NCBI GenBank assembly: GCA_965247095.1
Contig: OZ251997.1
Location: 896,001 to 960,000, forward strand
DNA: 64,000 bases
Reading direction: 5' to 3'
Source of the DNA: Candidatus Multivorans sp.
Lineage (GTDB): Bacteria > Acidobacteriota > Thermoanaerobaculia > Multivoradales > Multivoraceae
In this document: one piece after another, positions 30,395 to 39,900 of the stretch
Layout of the letters: each line of letters opens with the position of its first letter
Numbering within the stretch: position 1 is the first letter of the stretch
Program-made: the position numbers and the translations under genes
The notes under the pieces: generated by a model
What the model was told of the DNA's origin: nothing
The model's input: only the letters and a program-made list of their open reading frames with translations
Databases searched by the model: none

Positions 30395-31936
30395 CTGGGC
30401 CTGGGCTGGATGGCGTCGGCAGCGGCGCCGTCGGCGGCTCAGGAGGTGGCGCCGCAGTCTCCGGGCGAACTCGTCTTCGGCGAGGAAGTCGAGGTCCGGG
30501 TGGTCAACCTCGAGGTTGTGGTCGAGGACCGGTCCGGGCAGCGGGTCGGCGGCCTGAGCCGTGACGACTTTCGTATCCTCGTGGACGGCGAGGAGGTCGA
30601 CGTCCAGTACTTCACCGAGGTGTCCCAGAAGCAGGCCGTGGCCGTCACCGGCGCCGAAGCGCCGCCGGCCGTCGCCGAGGGCGAGCCGGTCGCCACGAAC
30701 TACGTGCTCTTCGTCGACGATGACCATACCCATGTGACCTTCCGGCGGCCGGTGCTGCGCGGGTTCAGTAACCGGCTAGAGGAGCTTGCCGCGCACGACC
30801 AGGTAGCCGTGGTGGTGCAGAGCCGGCGCCGGTTGGAGATCCTGAGTCCTTTCACAACGGACCGCGATGCGACCCGGACCGCGCTGGACGCGCTGGACAA
30901 GGGCGGACGTTACGGGGGCTTCCTGCGCGCCAACTCACAGGCCTTTTCTTGGCATCTGCAGCAGCGCGTGACTGACGTACTCGGGGTTGCCGGGCAGCAA
31001 CTCGGGCGTAGCGCGTTCCTGGGGGAGTTCGCGTACGCGGATATCCGGTGGCAGGACCTCCGGTTCTCCATCGACGCGGTCGTTTCCACGATGCGCACAC
31101 TCGCCCCCCCGGCGGGGCGCAAGGTTCTCCTCTTGCTGGCCGGGAACTGGCAAACCGGGAACTTCCGGGTTCGCGACGAAGGCGTCGGCTACACGACGGA
31201 CCTTGATCTCCTCGACGGTTTGATCGACACGGCCAACCTGCTCGGCTACACCGTCTATCCGATGGACCAGCAAACCAACCGGCTGCGTATGCGGTTGTGG
31301 CAGAACTTGCGCTACATGGCCCGGGACACGGGCGGCAAGGCGTTCATGGCCGGAAGCAACGTCAAGGCCCTGGAGATCGTGAACGCCGATACGTCGAACT
31401 ACTACTGGCTGGGCTTCATTCCGGAGTACCGGCGCGACGACCGGGCGCACGACCTCCGGGTCGAGGTCCTGAAGCCGAGACTCCGGGTGCGCTCGCGCAG
31501 GGGCTACCTGGACCTGTCCCGCCGCGCCGAGGCCGACATGGAGGCTCAGCGCGCGCTACTGTTCCCTTCTGAAGGACGGTCCGAGGGCGATCCTCTGCGC
31601 GTCGAGATCGGCGAGGCGGAGAGAGTGAACCGCCGCAAGATGAGCGTGCCGGTCACGGTCTACCTGTCCGTAGGGCGCTTCCCGGCGCTGCCGTACGACG
31701 GCCATTTCGTGCAGCAACTGGAACTGCGCTTCGCCATCGTCGATCGCCTCGGCCGACAGTCGGAGCTTCAGGTCATTCCCCTGTCACTGGGCGGCCGATC
31801 CCAGCCGGCGCCCGGCGATGTCGTCCTCTACCGGACCTTTCTGTCCATGCGCCGGCAGCACCATGACCTGGTGGTCACGGTCCACGATCCACTGTCGCGG
31901 TTGACGGTTGCCGCCCGGCTTCCGGTGGCGCCGTGA
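30278..31936 (+). CDS. Acidobacterial VWFA-related domain protein (paralog 1; alternative start 30344)
   Basis: Signal peptide, FGEEVEVRVVNLEVVV, GRKVLLLL, ARDTGG, YYWLGF, VRSRRGY. Confidence 0.88.
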   Translation: MKVEQTIRRTLLVSAAIHGGGAMKVEQTIRRTLLVSAAILGLGWMASAAAPSAAQEVAPQSPGELVFGEEVEVRVVNLEVVVEDRSGQRVGGLSRDDFRILVDGEEVDVQYFTEVSQKQAVAVTGAEAPPAVAEGEPVATNYVLFVDDDHTHVTFRRPVLRGFSNRLEELAAHDQVAVVVQSRRRLEILSPFTTDRDATRTALDALDKGGRYGGFLRANSQAFSWHLQQRVTDVLGVAGQQLGRSAFLGEFAYADIRWQDLRFSIDAVVSTMRTLAPPAGRKVLLLLAGNWQTGNFRVRDEGVGYTTDLDLLDGLIDTANLLGYTVYPMDQQTNRLRMRLWQNLRYMARDTGGKAFMAGSNVKALEIVNADTSNYYWLGFIPEYRRDDRAHDLRVEVLKPRLRVRSRRGYLDLSRRAEADMEAQRALLFPSEGRSEGDPLRVEIGEAERVNRRKMSVPVTVYLSVGRFPALPYDGHFVQQLELRFAIVDRLGRQSELQVIPLSLGGRSQPAPGDVVLYRTFLSMRRQHHDLVVTVHDPLSRLTVAARLPVAP

Positions 31937-31962
31937 GAGGGTTGGCTATGGGTTCTTTCGCA

Positions 31963-31998
31963 GAGGAGTAGCCATGAAACGAGGAGTCGCCATGAAAC
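31963..31998 (+). repeat. 18-bp tandem duplication of RBS and ATG
   Basis: GAGGAGTAGCCATGAAAC / GAGGAGTCGCCATGAAAC. Confidence 0.9.
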
Positions 31999-33755
31999 GA
32001 AACGCAACGACAAGCAGGTTCCTGTTCGCGCTTGGGGCGGTGCTGGTTGTGAGTTCCGTGTTGCCCGCGACGGCGCAGCCTGGAACTCAGGTGCCAAGCG
32101 CGGCCCTGCCGGAGGACTTGGTCTTCGGCGAGGAGATCGATGTCCGCATAGTCAACCTTGAGGTGGTTGTCGAGAAGGGAAACGGAGAGCGGGTTCGCGG
32201 GCTGGGGCGGCAGGACTTCCGCGTCCTCGTGGACGGTCAAGAGGTCGATGTCGACTACTTCACGGAAGTATCCATGGGTCGGGTCAGGAGCGGCGAAAAC
32301 GGCGAGGCGCCACCCGCGGTCGAGGCGGGCGAGAGGGTGAAGACGAACTATGTGCTCTTCGTCGATGACGACCACACCCAGGTTGCCCTCAGGCGGCCGG
32401 TCCTACGCGGCCTTGCCGACCGGCTCACCGGTCTAGGCGTAGAGGATCGGGTTGCTGTCGTGGTCCAGAGCGGCAATCGGCTGGAGCTCCTGAGTCCGTT
32501 CACGACGGACCGGGAAGCGACCCTCGCGGCGTTGGAGGAGTTGGACGACGGCGAGCGCTTCGGCGGCGTGCTGAGATCCCGGCGGTTCCACAGAGACTTC
32601 ACGGGAGGGCAGGGAGGCGCCGCCGGCTACTTCCAGGCCGGCGGTCCGCTCGGTAGCCCGGAATCGAGAGCCGCCGCGGCTGATCTCTTTTTCCGCGGTG
32701 GGGGCGCCGTATTTCGGCGCGACGACGACGGCGGAGCTTCGCCGTACCCGAGCCACGATGTCGTCGCCGAGGGGCTCGGTGCGGCGGGCAATGTCGTTGC
32801 TTCCGGTCTGGTCTTCGACGGCATGAGGCCCGACAGCTTCGAGCTGGAGGCGAGGGCGTCGATCCTGGAACGGGATCTGAGCTTGTCGGTGAATGCCGTC
32901 GTCTCCACGATGCGCGCGCTCGATCCGCCGGAGGGACGCAAGGTCCTCCTCCTTCTTGCGGGATTCTGGCCGACAGGGGAGTTCCGGCCCTACGGGCGCG
33001 GCGCGGGTCTGCGGACGGACCTGGAGACGTTGGACGGTCTGACCAACACGGCAAACCTGCTCGGCTACACGGTGTATCCGATGGACCAGCAGGTGGGCGC
33101 ACCGAACACCCGCTTGTGGCAGAACCTGCGCTACGTCGCCCGTGACACTGGCGGCATGGCCTTCATGGCCGGAAGCAACATCGACGCCCTGGAGCGAGTG
33201 AACGCCGACACCTCGAACTACTACTGGCTCGGCTTCGTGCCCGAGTACCGGCGGGACGACCGGATCCACGACATCGAGGTCGATGTCGTGCGGCCGGGAG
33301 TCCAGGTCCGCGCGCGCCGCGGTTACGTGGACCTGTCCCGCATTGCCGAAGCGGACATGGAAGCGCAACGTGTGCTGCTCTTCCCGAGCGAAGCGGAACC
33401 CGCCGCCGCGGTCCTGGAGGTGTGGGTCGGCGCCTCGAAGTCCCTCAGGGGACGGATGATGATCGTGCCCATCGACATCGACGTACCGGTCGGCATGTTC
33501 GCGGCGTTACCGTACGGTGAGCGGTTCCTGCAGCGTTTGGAGGTCCGCTTCGCGACGATTGACGGCGACGGTTGGCGTGTCGAGCAGCCGGCGATCCCGC
33601 TGGAGCTGTGGAGCGATACCGCCCCGGAACCGGATGCCGTGTTCCATTACCATGCCGAGGTGACGATGCGGCACCTGCCCCATACCGTCGCGGTCACCGT
33701 GCATGACCAGGTTTCCCGCCAGACTTCCAACGCCCGGGTCGAAGTTGTGCCGTGA
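31974..33755 (+). CDS. Acidobacterial VWFA-related domain protein (paralog 2; alternative start 31992)
   Basis: Same motifs as paralog 1 with a longer central variable loop. Confidence 0.88.
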   Translation: MKRGVAMKRNATTSRFLFALGAVLVVSSVLPATAQPGTQVPSAALPEDLVFGEEIDVRIVNLEVVVEKGNGERVRGLGRQDFRVLVDGQEVDVDYFTEVSMGRVRSGENGEAPPAVEAGERVKTNYVLFVDDDHTQVALRRPVLRGLADRLTGLGVEDRVAVVVQSGNRLELLSPFTTDREATLAALEELDDGERFGGVLRSRRFHRDFTGGQGGAAGYFQAGGPLGSPESRAAAADLFFRGGGAVFRRDDDGGASPYPSHDVVAEGLGAAGNVVASGLVFDGMRPDSFELEARASILERDLSLSVNAVVSTMRALDPPEGRKVLLLLAGFWPTGEFRPYGRGAGLRTDLETLDGLTNTANLLGYTVYPMDQQVGAPNTRLWQNLRYVARDTGGMAFMAGSNIDALERVNADTSNYYWLGFVPEYRRDDRIHDIEVDVVRPGVQVRARRGYVDLSRIAEADMEAQRVLLFPSEAEPAAAVLEVWVGASKSLRGRMMIVPIDIDVPVGMFAALPYGERFLQRLEVRFATIDGDGWRVEQPAIPLELWSDTAPEPDAVFHYHAEVTMRHLPHTVAVTVHDQVSRQTSNARVEVVP

Positions 33756-33815
33756 ATGACGGCGAGTTCTGAGCAGAGCCCTGAAGCAAGGGGAAGCGTG
33801 AGCGAAGGAGGGAAC

Positions 33816-35456
33816 ATGCGTCAGCCGTTTCTCGCCTGGGTCCTGGCGCTGGGGTTGACCTGGACGTCGGCGCCCGCCATGGCTCAGCCCGATTCGGCGC
33901 CTCCCGCCGATCTGCTCTTCGGCGAGGAGATCGATGTTCGGGTGGTCAACGTGGAGGTCGTTGTCGAGGACCGGTCGGGGAGCCGGGTCCACGGCCTGGA
34001 GCCTGACGATTTTCGCATCTTCGTAGACGGCTTTGAAGTCGATGTCGACTACTTCACCGAGATCCTGGAGAACCGGGCCGTCGAGGCCGGCGCCGGCGCC
34101 GCCCCGCCAGCGATCGGCGACGGCGAGTCGGTGCCGACGAACTACGTGTTATTCGTCGACGACGATCACACGCACGTGACGTTCAGGCGGCCCGTGCTCC
34201 GCGGGTTGGCTGACCAGTTGGCGAGCCTGGGTCTGCGCGATCAGGTGGCGGTAGTCGTGCAGAGCCGTCGCCGGCTTGAGGTTCTGAGCCCGTTCACGTC
34301 CGACCGGGAGCGGACGCGTGCCGCCCTCGAAGAACTCGAGCGTGGCCGGCGCTTCGGCGGCGCCCTGCGCTCGCCGCGGTTGATCGATCAACTGTTCATG
34401 CGCGACGGTCGGCTGACGCCGCCGCCCGGCGGCCGGGGCGGCGGGGATCTGACGTCGGTGGAAGGGGACCTGCCGTTCCCGACGATGAACGTGCCGGAGT
34501 CCCTCACCGAAGCCCGCCTGGAGACGCTGGCGCGGGACCTGGAGTTCTCGATCACGGCGGTCTCCTCGACGATGCGGGCGCTCGACGTTCCAGAAGGTCG
34601 CAAGGTCCTGTTGCTGCTGGCCGGGGATTGGCCCACAGGTATGTTCCGGCCGGAGGGCCAGGGCATCGGTCTCCGCACCGACCGGGAGATGCTCGACGGG
34701 CTGGTCGACACGGCCAACGTCCTCGGCTACACGGTCTATCCGATGGATCAGCAGAGCGGAAGTTCCAATTTCACTCTATGGCAGAACTTCCGTCAGGTCG
34801 CGCGGGACACCGGCGGTCAGGCCTACATGGCGGGATCGAACCTGGCGGCGCTGGGCCGGGTGAGCGACGATGTCGCGAACTACTACTGGCTCGGCTTCGT
34901 TCCCGAGTATCGGCGCAACGACCAGGTCCACGACGTCCGGGTCGAGGTCCTTCGTCCGAACCTGCGGGTGCGCTCGCGCCGGGGCTACGTGGATGTCTCG
35001 CGGCGCGCCGAGGCCGACATGGAGACGCAGGGCCGGCTCCTGTTTCCGAGCATGGAGCGGGCGCTTGGCGAACCCGTCCTGCGCGTCGACTTCGGGGAAC
35101 CCGAGCGCGCCGGCGTGCGCAAGATGCGGGTGCCGGTAACCGTGTTCGTCCCGATCGGCTACTTCCCGCTGGTGCCTTGGAACGATCAGTTCTTCGCCCG
35201 GCTGGAACTGCGGTTCGCCGTCGTCGACCGGAACGGCCAGCAGGCTGGGATGCCGCTCATCCCCATCAATCTCCGTGGGCGGTCTCAGCCGGCAGCGGAC
35301 GCTGTCATGCCCTACACCGCGAGCCTGACCCTGCGGCGCAGACCCCATGACCTTGTGGTGTCGATTCACGATCCGGTGAGCAGACAGACCGTGAGTACGC
35401 GCAGACAGGTCGCCTTCAGGGTGGACGCGACCGATACGGAAGGCGGCGCCCAGTGA
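33816..35456 (+). CDS. Acidobacterial VWFA-related domain protein (paralog 3)
   Basis: RBS GGAGG, signal peptide, same motif series. Confidence 0.88.
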   Translation: MRQPFLAWVLALGLTWTSAPAMAQPDSAPPADLLFGEEIDVRVVNVEVVVEDRSGSRVHGLEPDDFRIFVDGFEVDVDYFTEILENRAVEAGAGAAPPAIGDGESVPTNYVLFVDDDHTHVTFRRPVLRGLADQLASLGLRDQVAVVVQSRRRLEVLSPFTSDRERTRAALEELERGRRFGGALRSPRLIDQLFMRDGRLTPPPGGRGGGDLTSVEGDLPFPTMNVPESLTEARLETLARDLEFSITAVSSTMRALDVPEGRKVLLLLAGDWPTGMFRPEGQGIGLRTDREMLDGLVDTANVLGYTVYPMDQQSGSSNFTLWQNFRQVARDTGGQAYMAGSNLAALGRVSDDVANYYWLGFVPEYRRNDQVHDVRVEVLRPNLRVRSRRGYVDVSRRAEADMETQGRLLFPSMERALGEPVLRVDFGEPERAGVRKMRVPVTVFVPIGYFPLVPWNDQFFARLELRFAVVDRNGQQAGMPLIPINLRGRSQPAADAVMPYTASLTLRRRPHDLVVSIHDPVSRQTVSTRRQVAFRVDATDTEGGAQ

Positions 35457-35908
35457 GCCTGATCGACGGCGTTGGCGGCGCGTTCGTCTTCAGCGAGGCG
35501 CCGAAGCGGCTCGCCGACTGGTACACGGAGCACCTCGGCATCGAGTTCGAGGGCGGCGAGGAGTTCGGCGCCTTCTACGTCCGCTACGTGGCCGTCGATC
35601 CGGAGGACGAGAACTGGGTCATGGACACGACCTTCGCGATCATGAAGGCGAAGCGGCCGGTGCCGCGGATGACGCCGAACGAGGGCGCGGACCCCGGCGA
35701 CATGTACGGCGATCAGCCGTTCATGGTCAACCTGCGCGTGCGTGACCTGGACGCGGTGCTCGCACACCTCGCCGAGCGGGGCGTGAAACCGCTGCGCCGT
35801 GACGACGAGGGCTACGCCCTGTTCGCCTGGATCCGCGACGCGGAGGAGAACCGGGTGGAGCTGTATCAGCCAAGACCGGAAGCCGCGGCGGAGGCAGCCG
35901 AAGGCTGA
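35453..35908 (+). CDS. VOC/glyoxalase family protein
   Basis: GVGGAFV..LADWYTEHLG, FMVNLRVRDLD, WIRDAEENRVELYQP. Confidence 0.88.
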   Translation: MSLIDGVGGAFVFSEAPKRLADWYTEHLGIEFEGGEEFGAFYVRYVAVDPEDENWVMDTTFAIMKAKRPVPRMTPNEGADPGDMYGDQPFMVNLRVRDLDAVLAHLAERGVKPLRRDDEGYALFAWIRDAEENRVELYQPRPEAAAEAAEG

Positions 35909-35917
35909 GCGCTATCG

Positions 35918-36442
35918 CTAGTCCCCCAGCCCCTGACAGGCGCTCTTTGCTCCGGTCGGGTCCATCGCCTCTTTACCTTCGCCGATGTAGGCGATCTTGC
36001 CGTCCTTGCCGACCACGTAGGTCACGCGCTTGGCGAGGCCGGCGTACTGCTCCATCGTCCCGCCGTACTGATTGATGACCGTGGCGTCGACATCGCTGAG
36101 GAGCGCGAAGTCGAGTTCCAGGTCGGCTGCGAACTTCTTGTTGTCGTCCAGTTTGTCGGCGCTGATGCCGAAGACGATGGAATCACTGCCTGCGAAGTCG
36201 GAGATACCAGCCTGATATCCCTTCATCTCCATCGTTCACCCGCTGGTGAAGGCCTTGGGGAAGAAGGCCAGGACGACGTTCTTCTGGCCCGCGAAGGACG
36301 ACAGGCTCACCTGGGCGCCGTCCGTGCTGGGCAGCGTGAAGTCGGGCGCCGCGTCACCGACGTCGAGGGAGGCGCCGCTGGCTGGGGCTGAGGCGAACGC
36401 GGCGGCGGCCAGGAGGAGCGCCGAGGGTGTGCAACGGATCAT
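35918..36442 (-). CDS. Exported peroxiredoxin (AhpC/TSA, BCP-like), probable selenoprotein with UGA at 36238-36236
   Basis: [30 protein letters not shown] continues in frame to [21 protein letters not shown]; TGA occupies the peroxidatic Cys position of PxxxTxxC. Confidence 0.85.
36194..36224 (-). promoter_or_regulatory. Putative bacterial SECIS hairpin
   Basis: GAUAUC-AGGCU-GGUAUC apical stem-loop with a G-containing loop starting ~23 nt after UGA, plus a lower GAAG/CUUC pairing. Confidence 0.65.
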
Positions 36443-36541
36443 GGAAGTCTCCAGGTTCTCGGGTTTCGTGCGCCAAGAGGCGGGAAGCGCGCGAGTGTAG
36501 CAGTCCTGGCAATGGGCTGCTGTACACTGTGCGACTAGGCG

Positions 36542-36703
36542 ATGACCACTCGGCGGAGCGCTGGAGGGTTCCCGTGGCCGACGGCGGACGGCCAGGTTTA
36601 CGAGTACGCCTGCCACGAGAGGAACTACGCGATGGGGAACATCATGCGCGGCGCGCGGCTGCTGGAAGCCGACGCGGCGGCCGCGGCGACAGGCGGCGAG
36701 TAG
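36542..36703 (+). pseudogene. 53-aa ORF, probable C-terminal remnant of an uncharacterised 'YEYACHEGN' family protein
   Basis: [25 protein letters not shown] resembles the conserved C-terminus of that hypothetical family; too short for the ORF track. Confidence 0.6.
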
Positions 36704-39700
36704 GAACCCTGCGTCGCCGCGTCGCCAGCCCTGCGGCGGCGGCCGCAGCGATCTGGCTGGCCTCTGGCTGCGCCACGCCGGCGCCTGACGGGGTGCCGGC
36801 GGGCTTCGAACTCCACCCGGCGTTCGAGCTCGAACTCGCCGCGGCCGAGCCGGTCGTCCGCGACCCGATCGACCTCGCCTTCGACGAACGGGGCCAGGCG
36901 TTCGTGCTTGAACTGCCGGGCTATCCGGACATGGAGCGCCCGGCGCGCATCGTCGCGCTATCGGATCGCGACGGCGACGGGCGATGGGACCGGCGGCGTC
37001 TGTTCGCGGCCGACCTTGGCATGGCGGACTCGATCCTGCCGTGGCGGCAAGGTCTCGTGGTGGCGGCGCCGCCCGACATCGTCTACCTCGAAGACACGGA
37101 CGGCGACGGCAGGGCGGACCGCCGGGAGGTGCTGCTGAGCGGCTTTGCCGAGGGCAACCCGCAGCACAATGTGAACGCCCTCCGCTACGGCCTGGACAAC
37201 TGGATCCACGGGGCCAACGGAGGCAACGGCGGCAGTCCGTTCTGGCCGGATGCGCCGAACGACGCCATCGAACTCGGCCAGGATGACTTCCGGGTCGACT
37301 TCCGAGATGACTCGCGGGGTGAACCGGGGTCGCGCCGCTTCGAGCGGACCGGTCGCGGGGCGGGCGGGTTCGGCATGACCTTCGACGTCTGGGGCCGCTC
37401 CTTCGGCACCCACAATCTGGATCACCTGAGTCAGCTCGTGATTCCGCGCCGCTACCTCGCCCGCCTACCGGCCTCGCGGCAGAACGCCCGCCTGCGTCTG
37501 GCCGCGCACGCGGACGGCGGTCCCGCCGAGTTGTTTCCGATCGGCGTGCGGCAGACCCGCCCCAACCACCCGGAACAGTCGAGCCGGTTCTCGGCCGCCT
37601 GCGCGGTGAAGGCGTACGGGGGCGGCGCCTTCGACGGCGCCGGGCTGACGGATCGGGGCCTTGCCGTCTTCGTGGCCGATCCGTCGGCGAACGTGGTGCA
37701 TCGCGCGGTGGTCGACGCGGACGGCGCGGCAGCCGAAGCGGGCCGGGGGCGGCCCGGCGTCGAGTTTCTGGCCTCGACCGATCCACTGTTCCGGCCGGTC
37801 AACCTGCGCGTGGGCCCGGACGGCGCCCTCTACGTGCTGGACATGCACCGCGGCGTGGTCGAGCACCCGGAGTGGATTCCCGATCGGATGGAGGCCGCGC
37901 TCGACCTCTACGAGGGGGACGACCGCGGGCGCATCTACCGGGTCGTACCGGCGAGCGGTTTGCCGGCCTGGGCACCGGACTTCGGGGGCTTCAACCGGTC
38001 GCGGTCCGATGACCTGGTCGAAGCGCTTGGTCATGCGAACAGGTGGCGGCGCCTGACGGCACAGCGGCTCCTCGTCGAAGAGCATGGTGTATCGCCGCCG
38101 GCGACGCTGGTGGCGGCCCTGCGGCAGCGCATCGCGGAACCGGGCAACCCGCTGGGCCGGCTCCATGCTCTGTGGACCCTGGCCGGCGTCGGGGCGCTCG
38201 ACCGCGAGTCGCTGGAGGCTCTGCTCGGTGACCCTCACCCGGAGCTGCGCCGGAATGCGGTGCTGGCGCTTGAAGAATCGCTTCGCGGCGCTGCTCCGGC
38301 GGCGGACACGCCAGGGCTCGCGGACGCCGTGGTGAGTCTGATCGGGGATCGGGACCCGGGCGTGCGGCTGCAGGCGATCCTGACTGCCGGCGTCATGCTC
38401 GGGTCGGATGCCCTTCCGGGGCCGGACTTCGGCCGCGCCGTGGCATCCGCGGTCGTGGCCGGGGTGGCGCGCCCCGCGGGCGAGACGCCCGCGTCGTCAG
38501 CGGCGGGGACGCCTGAGCGAACGGACGTCGAGCGCGACGGACCCTGGCTGCGCCTGGCCGCCGTCTCGGTCCTGGCCGACGATCCGGCGCCGGCGCTGAG
38601 ACTGCTGCTCGAAGCCGGCGGATCGGCCGACCGGGGCGCCGCCGACGTGATCGAACGGGTGGCGGCGCTCCTGCCCGCCGAGCGGTTGGGCGAGATCGTC
38701 GGCGATCGCGCGGTGCTGCGCATCCTGACCGAGGTCGGCGACGACGGCGCCGGCGTGGGGCGCGCCCTGCTTGCCGGGCTCACCGCGGCCGCCTCCGGCG
38801 CCGCGGACACTGGAATCGACGGCGCCGGGCTGCTTCGACCCTTGCGGCGTCTGCGGCGATCGAACGACGATCGCCTGGCCGCGGCGGCCTGGCGCATGAG
38901 CTCCGCTCTGGCCGCCGACGTGGCCGCGGAAGAGATCGCGCTCCTCGACTGCGCCGGATTGCGGGCCGCGGACTCGGCCCGGGAGCAGGAGGAGCGGCTC
39001 GAAGCTCTGGCTCTCTTCGGTCTTCGCCGGCTCTGGCCCGGTAGCGCCGAAGAAGGCGCCGCTGCGTGCCCGGAGATCCGTGGGCAGAGGCCCGGGACGG
39101 CGCTCTCCGGCGGAACCTGGTTGGAACGGATGGGTGCGCTGCTCGATGCCGGACATCCGGAGGCGTTGCAGCGGGCCGCCATGGTGGAACTGGCCGTGGC
39201 GGAGGAAGCGGCCGTCACCCGCTACCTGGTCGATCGTTGGCCCTACCTGGGACCGGCCGCCAGGCGGGATGCCGGCAGCTATCTGATCCGTGGCAGGGGG
39301 CGGCACGGCTTGCTTCTCGACGCGATCGAGAGCGGCCGCATCCGGCTCGGTGAGATGAACTTCATCCTCGAGCGGCGCCGGTTCCTGCTGCGTTCGCCGG
39401 ATCCGAATGTCCGGCGGCGGGCGGCGGCCCTGTTCGACGACGCCGGTGTGGTGTCCCGCCCGGAAGCCCTCGCGGGGATGCGGCCGGCACTCGATCTCGA
39501 AGGAGACCCGGAGCAGGGCGAGACGCTGTTCCTCGACCTCTGCGCCCGTTGCCACCGCAGCGGCGAGAGTGGCGGCAGGCCGGGCCCGGACCTCTCCGGT
39601 ATCGGCCGCAAGAGCGCGGAGACCTTGCTGCACGACATTCTCGATCCGAATGCCGCGGTCGACACCGGCTACGTGAACTACATCGTCGAGACGGTAGACG

Positions 39701-39900
39701 GCGAGGCGTTCTCCGGACTCCTGGCGGAGAGTTCAGGCGGCGGAGTAGTCCTGCGTGCGGCCGAGGACACGCTGATCGAGGTCGCCGCCGAACGGATTCG
39801 GGAAGTCCGCAGCGACGGCCTGTCCATGATGCCCGAAGAGTTGGAGGCGGGCCTCGAACCCGCTGATATGGCCGATCTGCTCGCGTTCCTGCGTCGCTAG
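36700..39900 (+). CDS. PVC-type heme-binding (CxxCH) membrane-bound dehydrogenase-domain protein; start uncertain
   Basis: Lipobox [51 protein letters not shown]-like repeats, CARCH..GPDLS..SMMPE. Confidence 0.88.
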   Translation, partial: VGTLRRRVASPAAAAAAIWLASGCATPAPDGVPAGFELHPAFELELAAAEPVVRDPIDLAFDERGQAFVLELPGYPDMERPARIVALSDRDGDGRWDRRRLFAADLGMADSILPWRQGLVVAAPPDIVYLEDTDGDGRADRREVLLSGFAEGNPQHNVNALRYGLDNWIHGANGGNGGSPFWPDAPNDAIELGQDDFRVDFRDDSRGEPGSRRFERTGRGAGGFGMTFDVWGRSFGTHNLDHLSQLVIPRRYLARLPASRQNARLRLAAHADGGPAELFPIGVRQTRPNHPEQSSRFSAACAVKAYGGGAFDGAGLTDRGLAVFVADPSANVVHRAVVDADGAAAEAGRGRPGVEFLASTDPLFRPVNLRVGPDGALYVLDMHRGVVEHPEWIPDRMEAALDLYEGDDRGRIYRVVPASGLPAWAPDFGGFNRSRSDDLVEALGHANRWRRLTAQRLLVEEHGVSPPATLVAALRQRIAEPGNPLGRLHALWTLAGVGALDRESLEALLGDPHPELRRNAVLALEESLRGAAPAADTPGLADAVVSLIGDRDPGVRLQAILTAGVMLGSDALPGPDFGRAVASAVVAGVARPAGETPASSAAGTPERTDVERDGPWLRLAAVSVLADDPAPALRLLLEAGGSADRGAADVIERVAALLPAERLGEIVGDRAVLRILTEVGDDGAGVGRALLAGLTAAASGAADTGIDGAGLLRPLRRLRRSNDDRLAAAAWRMSSALAADVAAEEIALLDCAGLRAADSAREQEERLEALALFGLRRLWPGSAEEGAAACPEIRGQRPGTALSGGTWLERMGALLDAGHPEALQRAAMVELAVAEEAAVTRYLVDRWPYLGPAARRDAGSYLIRGRGRHGLLLDAIESGRIRLGEMNFILERRRFLLRSPDPNVRRRAAALFDDAGVVSRPEALAGMRPALDLEGDPEQGETLFLDLCARCHRSGESGGRPGPDLSGIGRKSAETLLHDILDPNAAVDTGYVNYIVETVDGEAFSGLLAESSGGGVVLRAAEDTLIEVAAERIREVRSDGLSMMPEELEAGLEPADMADLLAFLRR

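Noticed and set aside
36236-37786. 516-aa minus-strand ORF
   Set aside because: Only its last ~68 codons are real (the peroxiredoxin N-terminus); the rest is antisense to the heme protein gene.
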